A DNA stretch of 60,650 nt, counting the filler, from Rhabdomonas costata (Eukaryota): the NCBI GenBank assembly GCA_019059605.1. It is 17 parts of 17 records of this genome, joined end to end, with 100 filler letters (N's around TTAATTAATTAA, not from the genome) between each part and the next. Parts side by side here need not be neighbours in the genome. Positions count along the whole stretch, not along the records: positions 35,741 to 39,208 come from JAHMHO010000813.1; positions 39,309 to 42,826 come from JAHMHO010000814.1; positions 42,927 to 46,394 come from JAHMHO010000815.1; positions 46,495 to 49,959 come from JAHMHO010000816.1; positions 50,060 to 53,523 come from JAHMHO010000817.1; 12 more parts are not named here. One strand, given 5' to 3'. Below, one piece after another: positions 37,683 to 50,061 of this stretch. A program made the translations under genes and the position numbers. The first letter of the stretch is position 1. Each line of letters starts with the position of its first letter. A model generated the notes under the pieces. That model saw only the letters and a list, made by a program, of their open reading frames with translations. It had not been told where the DNA came from and searched no databases.

Positions 37683-38897
37683 CTAAAACCCATGAATCTG
37701 CAGGTTCTCTTTGCCAACGAGACCCTCCTCCAGGAGGAACTTCTTGACGCAGTCCCGCTGGTCGCCCTGCAGCTGCACGATGGTACCGAGCTCCTTGTCC
37801 TCGACAATGCTGCCGTTGCAGTTGAAGGACTTCTTCAGCTCCTAGCCATCCACAACCCAAACGAACACGTGCAAAGAATAAGACATCACAACATGGGGCA
37901 ACATCGGAACACACACCATGGGGCAAGGCTTTAATTGCTTTTTTAATTGAATTTTTTTTTTTGCTGCAGATTGTTGAGTTGTTTGCTGAACTCGGTGCAA
38001 TCCCACGAATCGCTGTTGACACGACGTACCTATCGAAATCAAAATGGATGGATTATATTCAGTGCGCCTGAGATTGCGAATCGCGAGGAAATAAATCTAC
38101 CAACGGACGCCTCTGAATGGAAAATTGAAAATGCTTGAAAACAGAAAATGGAATAAAAAACGAAAAAAAAACTCACACACGGGAATCGAATCTTCGAAGC
38201 GGAAAACAGAGTCGATCGACAAGCGCACAGGCACGGCAGTTATTGTTCTCATGGGCGAGAATCGTTTTTCGATTTTCAGCAAATGCAAAAAAAGACCGGC
38301 GCTGTAATGTGGTGTATCTGATCTAGAATGCCGCATTTATCAAGATGAATTTTCGGGCTGCGTCTGAGCCGATGGTAGTGAAAGAGTGGCGCTGCGTTGG
38401 TGAGAGCAGCTCCAGCAGCCACGTAGCAGGAAGAAGACGACGACAGTGATGCGACCAGAAGGCTGAATCCATCAGGTGTGAATTAGAGAGAGAGAGAGAA
38501 AGCGAGAGAGAGTGTATGTGAGGTGAAAGGGGTGAATTGTGTGAGTTGGCAGCTGAATGATCTGAGAGTGTCTGGCGTTTCGACCCTGGCGGAGTGGTTG
38601 GGTCATCATCACCGCCTTGGACGCTCTTCGTCGGGTACTTTGCGACTGTGGGGAGGAGGTCGACTTTTTGTGGAATGCTTTGCATCTGAAATCGGAGGAT
38701 GGGCCGGGTTCTGGGTGTGCGAGGTTTGGGGTGACGGGATGATGGCTGCAATGGGGCTGTGGTTGAGGTGGCGGGTTATGTGCGAGAGTATGAGGGAGAG
38801 AGAGAGACGGAGGGGGGTGTAGGACCTTGAGAACAAGCTTCAGGTCAAGGTCCGAGCTCAGGCCCTGGATCGTGGTGATGCTCTTGCGGCCGTTGCG
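37683..38897 (-). CDS. SUI1: Translation initiation factor eIF1/SUI1, 3' part (exons 38897-38826, 37841-37683)
   Basis: RNGRKSITTIQGLSSDLDLKLVLK/ELKKSFNCNGSIVEDKELGTIVQLQGDQRDCVKKFLLEEGLVGKENLQIHGF* carries canonical eIF1 motifs. Phase-0 GT-AG intron. Confidence 0.96.
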
Positions 38898-39478
38898 CTG
38901 CAAAAAGCCCTAACAGCACCCACCTAACCTGCATACCCATACAATAGCCCAACCAACTTGTGTCCAACCATGCTAGAATACCTGGAAAACCATGCCCCAA
39001 TGGCACCAAACAACGAAGAATAGGATAAAATGGTAGCGAATGAACCCCAAATACAACAGAGACAGGAACCCAAACCCGAACCTGGAGACAGAACTCAACT
39101 CCAGAATTCCAACCCCAGAACGCAAGAACCCAGCACAAGCACAGCACAAGCCCAACCAACCCCGAATGCCAAACCTGACCCCGAAGACAGAAAATGCAAC
39201 AAAAAAAANNNNNNNNNNNNNNNNNNNNNNNNNNNNNNNNNNNNNNNNNNNNTTAATTAATTAANNNNNNNNNNNNNNNNNNNNNNNNNNNNNNNNNNNN
39301 NNNNNNNNAGTGCGCATCTTTTTGCTCTTGTGGCGACGTTCTTTCTTTGACTCGCTTCAGACGACGTGAGATGAACAGATCTTTGACAACCCCATCTAAA
39401 CATTGTCCCGGTCCCACCTATTCTTGGGATTTTCCCCACCTTTCTTCTGCATTTTTAATGATCCTTTTTCCTTATCAG

Positions 39479-40971
39479 CTCGAGTCTCAGCTTTCCGCGG
39501 CGATTATAGTCTCCGATGTGCTGGAAGAGCTTGGATACTACGCCAACCTTCACACCACGGAAGCGGGCCAGCAAACGGCCGCCCAGGTCTCCGCCCGTTT
39601 GGTGGATGACCTCTTTCGCACCTCTTCCCTGGACCATGTCCTCACCCAAGCGACGCTTCTGGCGGGCACCCTTACCGAGGCAGCCGCGGCGTACCCCGAT
39701 GTCTTTCTGGGGAACCTTGTGGATCTGGTGAACGGCAACCAGCTTGACTCCGGGCACGAGGCCATTCTGGTGCAGCGCAACTCTTCCGTCAACTCCTCAG
39801 GAGGTTTTACGGTGGTTTCGAAGCTGAGGGATTGCCCCAGTCGAGAGTGTGCCCTTGGCCCAGCTATCACAGGAGCCGTGATGGATGCACTGCAGGGCTC
39901 TGGAGGAAGTGTTATGGGGCACACGTATACTTCAGAGTCTTCTTTCATTGGTGTGTGTGTGTGTGTGTGTGTGTGTGCTTTGTGCGTGCGCATGCCGAAC
40001 ATGCCAGGCATCTGCAGGATTACAATAGCAAGCAGAAAGGATCCGCCGCTACATCGTTACCTCGTGGGTGCAATTTTTGTGTATGTAAGTGCTCACTGGC
40101 GTGTCCTTATCTATTTTGTATGCTGCTTTTGGAAAGTTGCCCTTTGGGTTCTGTGGGAGTCACCTACTTTCTCATTTACCTTACCCCTGGCCTTATGATG
40201 CCGGCGTTTTTCTTCCCCTGTTCTCGCCGTGTATCATTGCTTGCCATTGTCCCGCTGCCTCTCTTTCTGTTTTCAGCGTACGTTCCCGTCAGTCAGCAAA
40301 GTCCTGCGACTGCCCTGATCTTCGTGGCCCCCACCGCGGCGATGCAGACTAAGTTCCTGCAGCACACTGTCTCCGCCGCGAACGCCATCAACACACCCCC
40401 CCGCCTCTCTGGGAAGACGTCCACCGAACTCTTGGTGTTTCCGGCGTCCCAGCCGCAGCTCGTGCTGACGACTCTGGATCCGAGCATTTGCCCCGGCAGC
40501 GCCTGTCAGGCAGACCTCGCCGCGGCTGCAGCCCTCTCCGGGAGCATGAAAAATAACCACAGCTCGATTCTTCTCAACTACAAGGGGGTAGAAGTTATCG
40601 CGGTGAGCGCAGACCTTCCGAGTCTGAACGCCAGCTTCGTGTTGAGGTCACTGTGGAAGAGGTGAAGCGGAACGTCATCACGCAGCTTGGGGTGGCTAGC
40701 TCCGTGATCAACAGGGAGCTGAACGGCACTCTGGAGCTGCAGTTTGGGGAGCGAGTAGCAGGCAATGCCACCACGGCACCTTCCTTCCGGGTGCTGGGGA
40801 CGCCTCGATTTTCGTCGGAGTGTGGGTCACAGGGCTGCTGGTCTAATCCGCTATCCTTGGATTCGATGACGACCGCTGCAGTTTTATGCACGAGCGGCTC
40901 TGGGGCGACGGTGGACTACCGTGCCAAGAATGTGCTTGCGGCCTACGCCTGTGCACCCTCCCTGGGAATCG
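39479..40971 (+). CDS. Hypothetical protein, two long exons (39479-39950, 40277-40971) with an apparent frameshift near 40640
   Basis: Coding-like GC3 bias, pyrimidine-rich AG acceptors and phase-matched GT donors. No family recognised. Confidence 0.55.
39951..39977 (+). repeat. (GT)n microsatellite beginning at the predicted 5' splice site
   Basis: ATTG|gtgtgtgt... read directly. Confidence 0.88.
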
Positions 40972-42099
40972 GTATGCGTGTACACATGCATGGAGCGTTG
41001 ATTTGCCTTCTTTCGGCTTTCCATGTTACATTGGCCATGTTTCAGTCTTTAACGTAAGTGCACTGCGCACTTTGCCTGTGCTACTACGATGGCTTTTGGC
41101 TTATTTTGAGCCGCTTTTGTCCGCCCATCGGTCGGTTCGTGACGCTTCACCCAACACCGGGCTGCGTACAGTGTTGAAGCAGGGCGGTTGGAGTTCCCAT
41201 CGGTAGAGGCTGGGTGTGTTGCACACCACGCCGGAGCAGGGCGCAAGTCTTGTTTTGTCAGAGAACTTTGGAATTCGGGCTATTTTGAAGCCTCTTTGGG
41301 AGAGGTATTTTTTATTTATCCATTGGTGGCTGAGGGGTGGCTTTATTTTTGGTTAAAGAAAGCTAACCCTACTCATCGTTCGTCATTTGATGAACGCAAA
41401 GAGATAACAATAATTTGAAAAAGCAAGCCTCACTGGAGAGCTAGAGGGCTCCTGAGGATTGGGGGAAAATGGAAATGAAATGGCCGTGGGGCAGAGGACT
41501 GAGACGAGAGCACTTTATGGCGCCCCTGCAGTCCCCTCAGCGTGCGTTGGAACCCACTGCATTTTTCGGGGGGGACGGCCCATTGCATTTTTCTCGCCCC
41601 CCCCCCCCTGACCACGTGCGCCCTCTCTGCACTGGTCCATCATTGTCACAGTCCTCTCATATGTTCTTGTGGGCAGGTTTTGTTCTTTCTTTTGTGCGCA
41701 ACTTATGTCAATTGTTCCTGTAGCATTTGGCCGATGTGTCATGGGAACCTGCCTCCATGATCAAGGGAAGCATGCAGCCCCTGGCATCCTCCTCGCAGTG
41801 CGCAGAACTCAGTCAAAGCCTCTTCTCGAAGAACTGCCCCTTGGCGCACGCCGACGAGGCCAGACCTCCGCTCTCTCGGCACCCCCAAGGCAGTTTTAGC
41901 GTTTAGTTTATTGCGTAGCAGGATAGGTGGATAAATTTCTCTGGAGTACATGGGGAATTCTTTGAATTACTCCGTAAACTCATCCCTACTCTCCTGCTCT
42001 CTGTAAAGGGGATCTCTCGAGTGCTCTTTTCAAAATCGGCCTTCTATTTCTTTCAGCCTCAACTCGCTTAAGTGGAACCCGGGCCCTACACTGCGAGCT

Positions 42100-42480
42100 T
42101 GAAGGCAAGCACACACCAAGGTTCCAAACGTCAAAAATGCAGACTGAGTGCCATAAGAGCACGCAACCATGAAGGGTGACTGGTGTACGTCACGCGTCCC
42201 TGAAATAATCCTGGCTGGAGCCACCTACCCTCCTCAGGCTCCAAAGTGAAGTGTCAGCGCAAAGCAAGACAAGCTGAAGAGTAAGGAGTGTAACGAGTGA
42301 CCAAGACAAGTGATGGGGGTGCGGGACAAAGCAATACTTCTGTGGGAGGATCCTGTACGCTCTTCTCATCCACCCAAAGCTGGGCTGGTGAGTGGTGTTG
42401 GCATGGAAGTACACCAGCGCGTAGCCCCCTCTTTCGCAGATCGGGTCGACTACCTTTGGGTTGGGAGGTGCTGGAGCGTT
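42100..42480 (-). pseudogene. Possible tyrosine-recombinase relic
   Basis: LVYFHANTT...TSLWSLRRVGG resembles the KT and HSLRRGGA motifs of DIRS-type recombinases. Heavily decayed. Confidence 0.3.
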
Positions 42481-42926
42481 AACGCAGACTTGAACAACCC
42501 CTCCGAAACAGAGTGATTCTCACTTTTATTGACTTGACCAACTGTCCTTCCGCTCCCCAAAAGTGCACACAGGGCATACCTTTATGAAGTACAGTAGCAA
42601 CGACTCATAGAAGGCCACGGAGGGTACCCGACACCCCACCAGGGCTACCGTCGGCCGCCTCAAGTAGTCCAGGCCTAGTGCACACAACCGGTCCACACAC
42701 ACGGACTTTCCGCCCACCCTTATTTTCGCGCTTATTTTTCCCCGTTTTTTTTTGCCCGGGCCACCATGAACCACCACCGGACATGACCCGCTCGGGAAGG
42801 GGGCTTCGAGTAAGCTAATGGAGCTTNNNNNNNNNNNNNNNNNNNNNNNNNNNNNNNNNNNNNNNNNNNNTTAATTAATTAANNNNNNNNNNNNNNNNNN
42901 NNNNNNNNNNNNNNNNNNNNNNNNNN

Positions 42927-42943
42927 GTGGTGGGTGTGTTTGG
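42927..42943 (+). other. Probable whole-genome-amplification primer remnant GTGGTGGGTGTGTTTGG
   Basis: The same 17-mer occurs in reverse complement at another contig end (17777-17793). Both are followed inward by G/T-only bases. Confidence 0.7.
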
Positions 42944-43412
42944 GTTGTTGTGTGAACTCCATTTGCCTTCCCCCGGGATCCCGCTTTTCGTATTGTATAC
43001 TCATCATCTAATTATTCTATAAGTAGTTGACGAATTTAATCCCTATAGGTATGGTAGGTCACGGGGTTCAACCCAGCAAGGAGAGCAAGGACAGGTAAAC
43101 GTGTGGGCGAGCGCCAGAGTGCTCAGTACAAACCGGACACTCCCTGGAGCTCCCTGGAGAGGGGATAGCTCTGAGCTGTAGTTGTAGGCAGATTATATGG
43201 TTTGTTGGTGATTTTTTTTGCATCATATGCTGCGTTTGCGTTTTCTCCAGCCAAAGGCCCCAAAGACCGTAACCAGTGAAAACGGCAACCTGTACGTCAA
43301 GAGACACGCATGATATTTTCTGTCGTTTCGCTGCGATGTCGCGGGCCATTCACAACGGAAAGTCGAGAACCATGCTTCACCCAATAAGAAAAGAAAGGAA
43401 AGAATCCCCGAC

Positions 43413-43698
43413 CTTGGATCGCCGAGAGGGCTTCCGTGGGGTTCCGAAACCGCACCAGCCCAAAGCACTGGCTGCGGCCTGTCAGCTTGTCTACCCACAG
43501 TGTGGACTCCAGGATAACCCCATAGCTCTGGAACAGCAGCGGGAGGTCCGCAGCGGTGTAGTGTCGAGGCAGGTTTCGCACAAACACATTGCATGCAGCC
43601 GAGCAAGACGAGGGGGTGACGGTGGAGGTGGGGGTGTTTCCGGGTGGGCCCCCCACCGCGAAGGGAAGCGCCGGAAACGCAATGACGCGCACGCTCAT
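43413..43698 (-). CDS. RRM-domain RNA-binding protein exon (partial)
   Basis: NVFVRNLP (RNP2)...LFQSYGVI...VDKLTGRSQCFGLVRF (RNP1)...EALSAIQ; GT donor at 43412. 5' boundary uncertain. Confidence 0.85.
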
Positions 43699-46600
43699 AA
43701 TGGAAGTCGCAAGAAAAGCAGTGCAGTGTACACTGTGCAAGAATGCCCTTCGATGAGATGAGATGTCCAGTTTGGGCAGAGGGTGTGTGCACCGAGTCCA
43801 AGGGATGTTTTTGATATAATGACAATGTAACAGTGTAACATATCTCAATTGCTCAGCGTTTGTTCGCTTTGCGTGAACAAAAACAAAACGTTTCGACAGA
43901 AAATTAAATTTCTGACAACCATTAAACCACCAGCAACAGAGGAAGAACGCTGTAAAACCAGCCTATTGCTGTGAATGGGGTGGAGTGGTGGACCAGCACA
44001 GATGCATTAGTTCAGGGAAAAGAAGCCAGGCGCGGCTCGGCCCTTCGTCGTGGACGAGCTCTTGCTTGGACTCTTCTTATATTTTTGTCATGAAATGAGG
44101 GGAAGCGAAGGATAAGAATGAATGCCCGAAATGGGACGTATTTCAAAGCCGAAAAGCTTCAACGGTCATCCACCCCTCTGCGAGACGTTTTGGCGATTGC
44201 CTGCCACCAACCACAATCCTAAACTCCCCAAGCCTCTAAATGCAGCAACAACAACACAGCTTCCAGCAAATAAGAACCACAGGATTCTCGAAGAAACCAG
44301 CAGAGAGCATGCGCGCGTGCAGCAAGGCTGCAAGGGCGGATGAACTTGACCCTCACAAGAGTTGGGGGTGTAAACTACGTCAACCGCAAACTCAGAACCA
44401 GGGTAATTCCTGGCTTTTTACTTCGAAAGTTTTACCACCCTTGTGATTGTGACCCGCATACCTCGCGCGGCCTTCTTGAACCATCTGGTGGCATTCCCAT
44501 TTTCAGAAGTCGAATTTTTTCTCGAGATTTTGGCAGGTAAAACACAAAACAAGATCAGTGATACATGGGTGCGAATACTATACGGAGCCTTTTCCAATGC
44601 GCCGAACCGCTGGCCTGCACCAAATCGGGTTTCTGCCTGAGCTTCTCTCCCCACCGACGCAACAAGACTGCACCTCAGGGCGTTGGAAGCAAAACAACAC
44701 GTTGTGCGTCGCTGCTAGCATACCAAGGTCCGTGAACGAGTAGTCCGTCAGAGAATGAGGAGAAGGGGGGGTGGGGGTGGCTTACCCAACTCTTCTCCAG
44801 AGTTTTCGCAGGTGCTCCCCCTGTGGAGATCTGCGGAGCACTTGATTTGTGTTGGCTGCGTTGGGCATCGTGGGGTTAGTCAGGTTGTGCGACGCGAGCA
44901 ACTCACCCATTCAGTTGCCGTGTTTGCCAGCGGCGTTCTTGTGACGTTAAGATGGTTCACTGCACTTAGAGGCGCGCTGACGCTCATCGGTTCTTCTGTG
45001 GAACTGATGCTCTTGTTTTTTGTGGGGGCCCACCGCAGATTCTGCGCCAGCTGGTGTCACTTGCAAAAGAGGTTTTTAAAAAAATTCCTTATCTTTACTG
45101 TGACATGCTGATTTGGATTTGCGCAAGCCTGTCGAAAACATGTGCAAACACGGCACCAATTGGGTTTTCACCTAACTGTTAAGCCAGTATCAGAACTGGT
45201 GGAAATGTTCCTCCGCTCCAAATATAACACAACAAACGCTCCCTTTCCTTTCCACCACAAAACCTAGTGTGCCAAAACATGGCTCATCACTGTTGCCCTC
45301 AAGCGCAGTAGGCGTGACCTCATTTCCGGTTCGCAATCGTGAGGAGGGAGGGTGGGTGGCCGCAAAGAATATATATGAGAATATATGGCATAGGTATAGC
45401 AGTGTTCCTTTTTTAGAGGATAAGTTCCGGGAGGTTCCGGAGGTTCCCCCCGGACTCCCCTCCAGTTTTAAGTCTCCCTAACCCTTTTAAACTGATTTTA
45501 AGACATCTCCGAGGAAGACACAACGCTTTCTAACCCTGCAAAACAGAAATAAAAACACCGATCTACTGGAAATGTCCATCACGAATGTGTTCCATCACAG
45601 GAATAAAAACACCTGGGAGAAAAAAGGAACGCTGCTATACCTGTGCCGAATATATATGTACGCATATGCGTATATATACTATGGTTGTGGTTTAATTGAC
45701 AATAGGACATACAAATACAAGACCACACCAGCAAAAATAAAATCTACAGGTACATATCGGCGGGTCTCTTTAATGGTTAATTTCTCGGTTTCTGGCGGTG
45801 GTCTCGAAAATCAGGCAATTTTTAACGTAAAAGACACCTGTCTTAGACGGTGGTATCAAAAATTACGCGCGATTTTGTCCAATTTTCCAAGGCGCCCGTC
45901 TTAGACGGTGGTCTTGGAAACGGTGATTTTGTCCATTTTTATGGCAATTGGACAAGACGCGCTGGCCTCGGCGATATACAAATGTGTTAATAAACATGTA
46001 TATGTATTTTCGTATTACTCGTATTTCTTGTGTGGTCGCTACTACTTGTTGAGAAGACGCGGTGGGATCTGCGACAGGATGCACCAGTCGTGCCTCTCGT
46101 CTCGCATGGTCTCGCCGTTCCTTAGCATGCAAATTTTCCCTACTTTTCGCCGTGCTTTTCTTGCTACGCCCAATTGTCAGAGTTGACGGAAAATCACTGT
46201 GTTTTTGGCACAAGTCGGGACACTTTAGGAGTGATTTGTCCTTAACTCCGTGATTTAAAATCTGGCCAAATTCTATCAGAAACATGCATTTCAAGGCATT
46301 CCATGACGTTCCAAAAGCGTTCCAGGAGCGTTCTATATGTAGAGCAGGGCACCTTCTCCCTGTTTCCCTTCGCGATGAACCAAGCACAAACAAANNNNNN
46401 NNNNNNNNNNNNNNNNNNNNNNNNNNNNNNNNNNNNNNTTAATTAATTAANNNNNNNNNNNNNNNNNNNNNNNNNNNNNNNNNNNNNNNNNNNNGTGGGG
46501 GTGGGCTGCCTCGCGTCCCGGCGGGGAGTGCATGTGCTGTGTTGGGGTGCGCCAAAACGACGCGCTCCCCCCAGAGGGGCAGGTAGCGATGTTCTAATGA

Positions 46601-48656
46601 GAGGGGTGGCAGCGGAAGGAGACTGGGGTGCGCAGCTCTTGGATGCAGGTGGGTTAGTGTCCGGTTCGAGTTCACCCGACGTTTTTTATTCCCGATTTTG
46701 ACATCCAACTTGGATGGAGAAGGTGATGACCCAGATTATCGCTTCTCCCAGCCTTCAGTGGAGGTGTGGAGGTATGAATATGAATAATACCTGAACGGGC
46801 ACTGGTACACCGGGACACGGAACCGAGACAGAGTGAGAGTTCGGGTGCAGCATTGCGAGAAAAAGCCAGTGACGTGGGGTGAGGTGGGGCGGGGTGAGGT
46901 GAGTAGTAATCATCCACAATGGGCGGGTTTATACACTATAATAACAGGACTTCTGGTGCCAGAATGGCTGAATAATCGATGGGAGGATGGGAGAATCTCA
47001 TTGTCTCACTGACTGCTGTCAGCCCAATAAGTGCATGGCTTCATCATGCGCAGGTTCCTCTGCAACCCCCCGAATTTTTCCGAGGGGCAGAGGGTAGTCC
47101 CAATGACTGCCTGGGCACACGGGACATTGCTCAAGAAGGTTTGGCCTCATCACAGCGGAAACCAGCGGCACAACGACAAGGTGGTGACCGCAGCACAGCA
47201 CAGACTGTACAAGCAGGCAAGCCCAAAAATGGGCAGAAAGGTTCCCTCCGGTATTCAGTACGCCTGTGGAAAAACACGACCGTGTTGAGTGGAAAGAGAA
47301 GACCAGAAGAAGGCCAGGAGTTCGATGATCCCCACCTCTCCCCATAGCAGCACAAAGGCTAAGCTCAAGGCAAACAGTGTGCACGGGTCCTTCGTGCGGG
47401 ACAGAAAATGTAGGTCTTTTTCGGCGGAAACTCAAGCTCTCTCTTCTAACGCAATCACACCAGACAACATTGCGTGGAGAATTTTGAGGAGCAGGGAGGA
47501 TCTTAGTCGCAGCTGGCGGGTGGTTGGGACACGCACTATGAATCGGCATGGAGTCTCACATCGGTGACCCCACTCTCATCCCTTAAATGCTCAGAATAAC
47601 CTTTGTCTGGCCAGCCCGGGAGCTTCTTTTCAACCCGCAAGCAATAGCATAGCAGTTGGGCCCAGGACCTGGCCTAACACAAGACTCACACATCAAATGC
47701 ATACCACCAAGGAGGAGGAAGAGGACGAGGAAGAGGAGCCTTGTGGCTTCGCCGGCTTGCCCTGTGGGTGCCGTACCAATCAAACGACTTCAAAACATTA
47801 CCATCGCTAACGTGATGATTCTCCCAAAGGTCGCGAGCATTCAAGACGGCCAAGCGAAACAAAGGGGAAAAGCAAACAGCGAACAAACAAGCAAGCACGG
47901 TGAGAGCATACGTAGCACAAAAGTGGATGAAGGAATGGGAACAAATGCACTGGGGGGGGGGGCATGAAATCCAGCACCACGGCAGGGTATCAAGAAAAGT
48001 GCGACGCAGTCCAATTGACAATCATTCCGAGGAAACGCAAAGGCAGTGCCCTCCCTTTCCTGCGCTTGCTTTAATCTCTCAAAAGCTCAACTGAGCAGGG
48101 AAACTCGGAGCCCATGCTTTGCAGCTCTGGTTATGCCAGAGGGGAAAAAACCCGTGTTGCGCGCAAGGTAAAGCCCAGCGGCAATTTGGAGCAATGACTA
48201 GAATGAAAATTTGCAACAAATTTTGAGTTTCAGGATACCATTACAACAAGATGGAACGGGTTAAAACCCAATACCACCGATATTCGGGGATACTACTTCC
48301 CAACACCGAAGGGGAAATTCAACATAATGCACTTTACCACGAAGGCGCAAACGATGCAAAGGAACGGTGCAAAAGAGTGCAGAAGCACCGCGTTCAATTT
48401 GTCGACTTTCCCGGAGCAAAAAGGGCTCCAAAGGTGCATTGAGGGGGGGGGGCGAGTTCCATCACATAAACAAACGAATAAACTACGTCCGCCCCATGGG
48501 AGGGGCGACCTGTCCTGCGGTCGGTCTGGTGAAACGGTCCGCTCTGCCCTTTCCTGGGGGAGGGCCGGGATGAGTCATTGTACCCACATGAAAGGTAACT
48601 GGGCGAGCACGCGGCTACCTCCCCCCGCTCCCCCAAGCTACTCTGCCGAGACATAC

Positions 48657-48771
48657 CACAATGCGCTGGGTGCTGGCCAGAAGCTCCACCTGCCTGCCGG
48701 ACTGCTTGGGCTTTTCCACGAGGCAGTACTGGAAGCCAAGCGTGGTGGGCTTGGTAAGTGCCATTTGTACG
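48657..48771 (-). CDS. Unidentified internal exon
   Basis: ttctag|...VQMALTKPTTLGFQYCLVEKPKQSGRQVELLASTQRIV|gtatgt. Other small minus-strand candidate exons lie nearby. No family recognised. Confidence 0.3.
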
Positions 48772-49691
48772 CCTAGAAATAAATGCAATCCTTAGCGGAG
48801 GGGGCTGCAGGGAAAATACTTTTGTGCCGTGCGATTTCGAGTGCTGCTGGTTATGTGCTCGCTCGGTGCAGGGCGAACATCCACATCGTGGGTCGGTTCG
48901 TCATGGTCGGAGACGGTTCTACATCTGTCAGTTTACACTTTGGTAATTCTCTTTGCGACATAAATGCACAACTCAGGGGTCAACTCTGGTCGGCAACACC
49001 AGTAACGCATTCATTTTTAGCAATGGGGAATAGAGTGGTATACCGTGCTACCCTAGGCGGCCCTATGCATGTAAGGAATTTTAAGCGTTGAAGTGCCTAC
49101 CCCCCCCAAAAAATAGTTACGACGGAGCTGAACCGGTCAGGACAGACCATCCGTGTGCCTACCCGCGGTGTAGCGGGCATGGACGTTTTGCCCATTCCGC
49201 ATGCCCTGGGGAAAAGAGGCGAAGAGATGGTACATGCGACCAGCGCACCTGCCCCGACACAATTCCCCCGGCTGATCAATGGCCGAACTTTCAAAACAAC
49301 GTTGCCTCCGCTAGAGCTGCCACACTAATGTACGCACTATCCCAGGGTGCTCAAATAGTCCAACAACCTAGTCCCTCCCGCAATATGGGTTCAAAAGGGT
49401 TCAGGCGTTTTTTTGGGTTGAAATCAACCTCCCTGAAAACAAAGGGCCCGAGGCTGACTTGCACAATGCACCAAAACGCGGCAGCGCACAAACTCACAGC
49501 AAGGCTTCAGCGTGCAACTGAAAACATAAGCGACAAAGCGGTGACGTCCAGGGCTAACTGTCCAAGGTGAAGCGAAGAAAAGAGATGCAATGCACCGCCG
49601 CAAAGCGAACAGTGATAAGAAGGGGAAAAGAAAGCGTTCTTCTCACCATTGTGGTGAGGGAAACGGAAAACGGAACACCCATGACAGACAT

Positions 49692-49740
49692 GGCAAGGCA
49701 AGGGAAGGCAAGACAAGGCAAGGCAAGGCAAGGCAAGACA
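49692..49740 (+). repeat. Imperfect (GGCAA)n pentanucleotide microsatellite
   Basis: ggcaaggcaagggaaggcaagacaaggcaaggcaaggcaaggcaagaca read directly. Confidence 0.88.
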
Positions 49741-50061
49741 TTGCAACGCTGGAACACGTCCGCCAGCTGGGGTGAGAGGAAAACTGAGACATCACCGTTT
49801 GCCCCCTAAAAGGAATGCGACTTCGAAGAGAAAAGCGACGATCGGGGCATGGGAAGGAAGGGTAGGGGCATGCTCGTGCGCGACGGATAGGTGCAGTTCA
49901 AGCAACTACACTGCTCACAAAGACCACCTGACGTGCGGGGGCGGCTGTCCCAAAACCCCNNNNNNNNNNNNNNNNNNNNNNNNNNNNNNNNNNNNNNNNN
50001 NNNTTAATTAATTAANNNNNNNNNNNNNNNNNNNNNNNNNNNNNNNNNNNNNNNNNNNNAG

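Noticed and set aside
46610-46680. tRNA-like GGTTCGAGT motif
   Set aside because: No pairing T-stem or acceptor stem around it.
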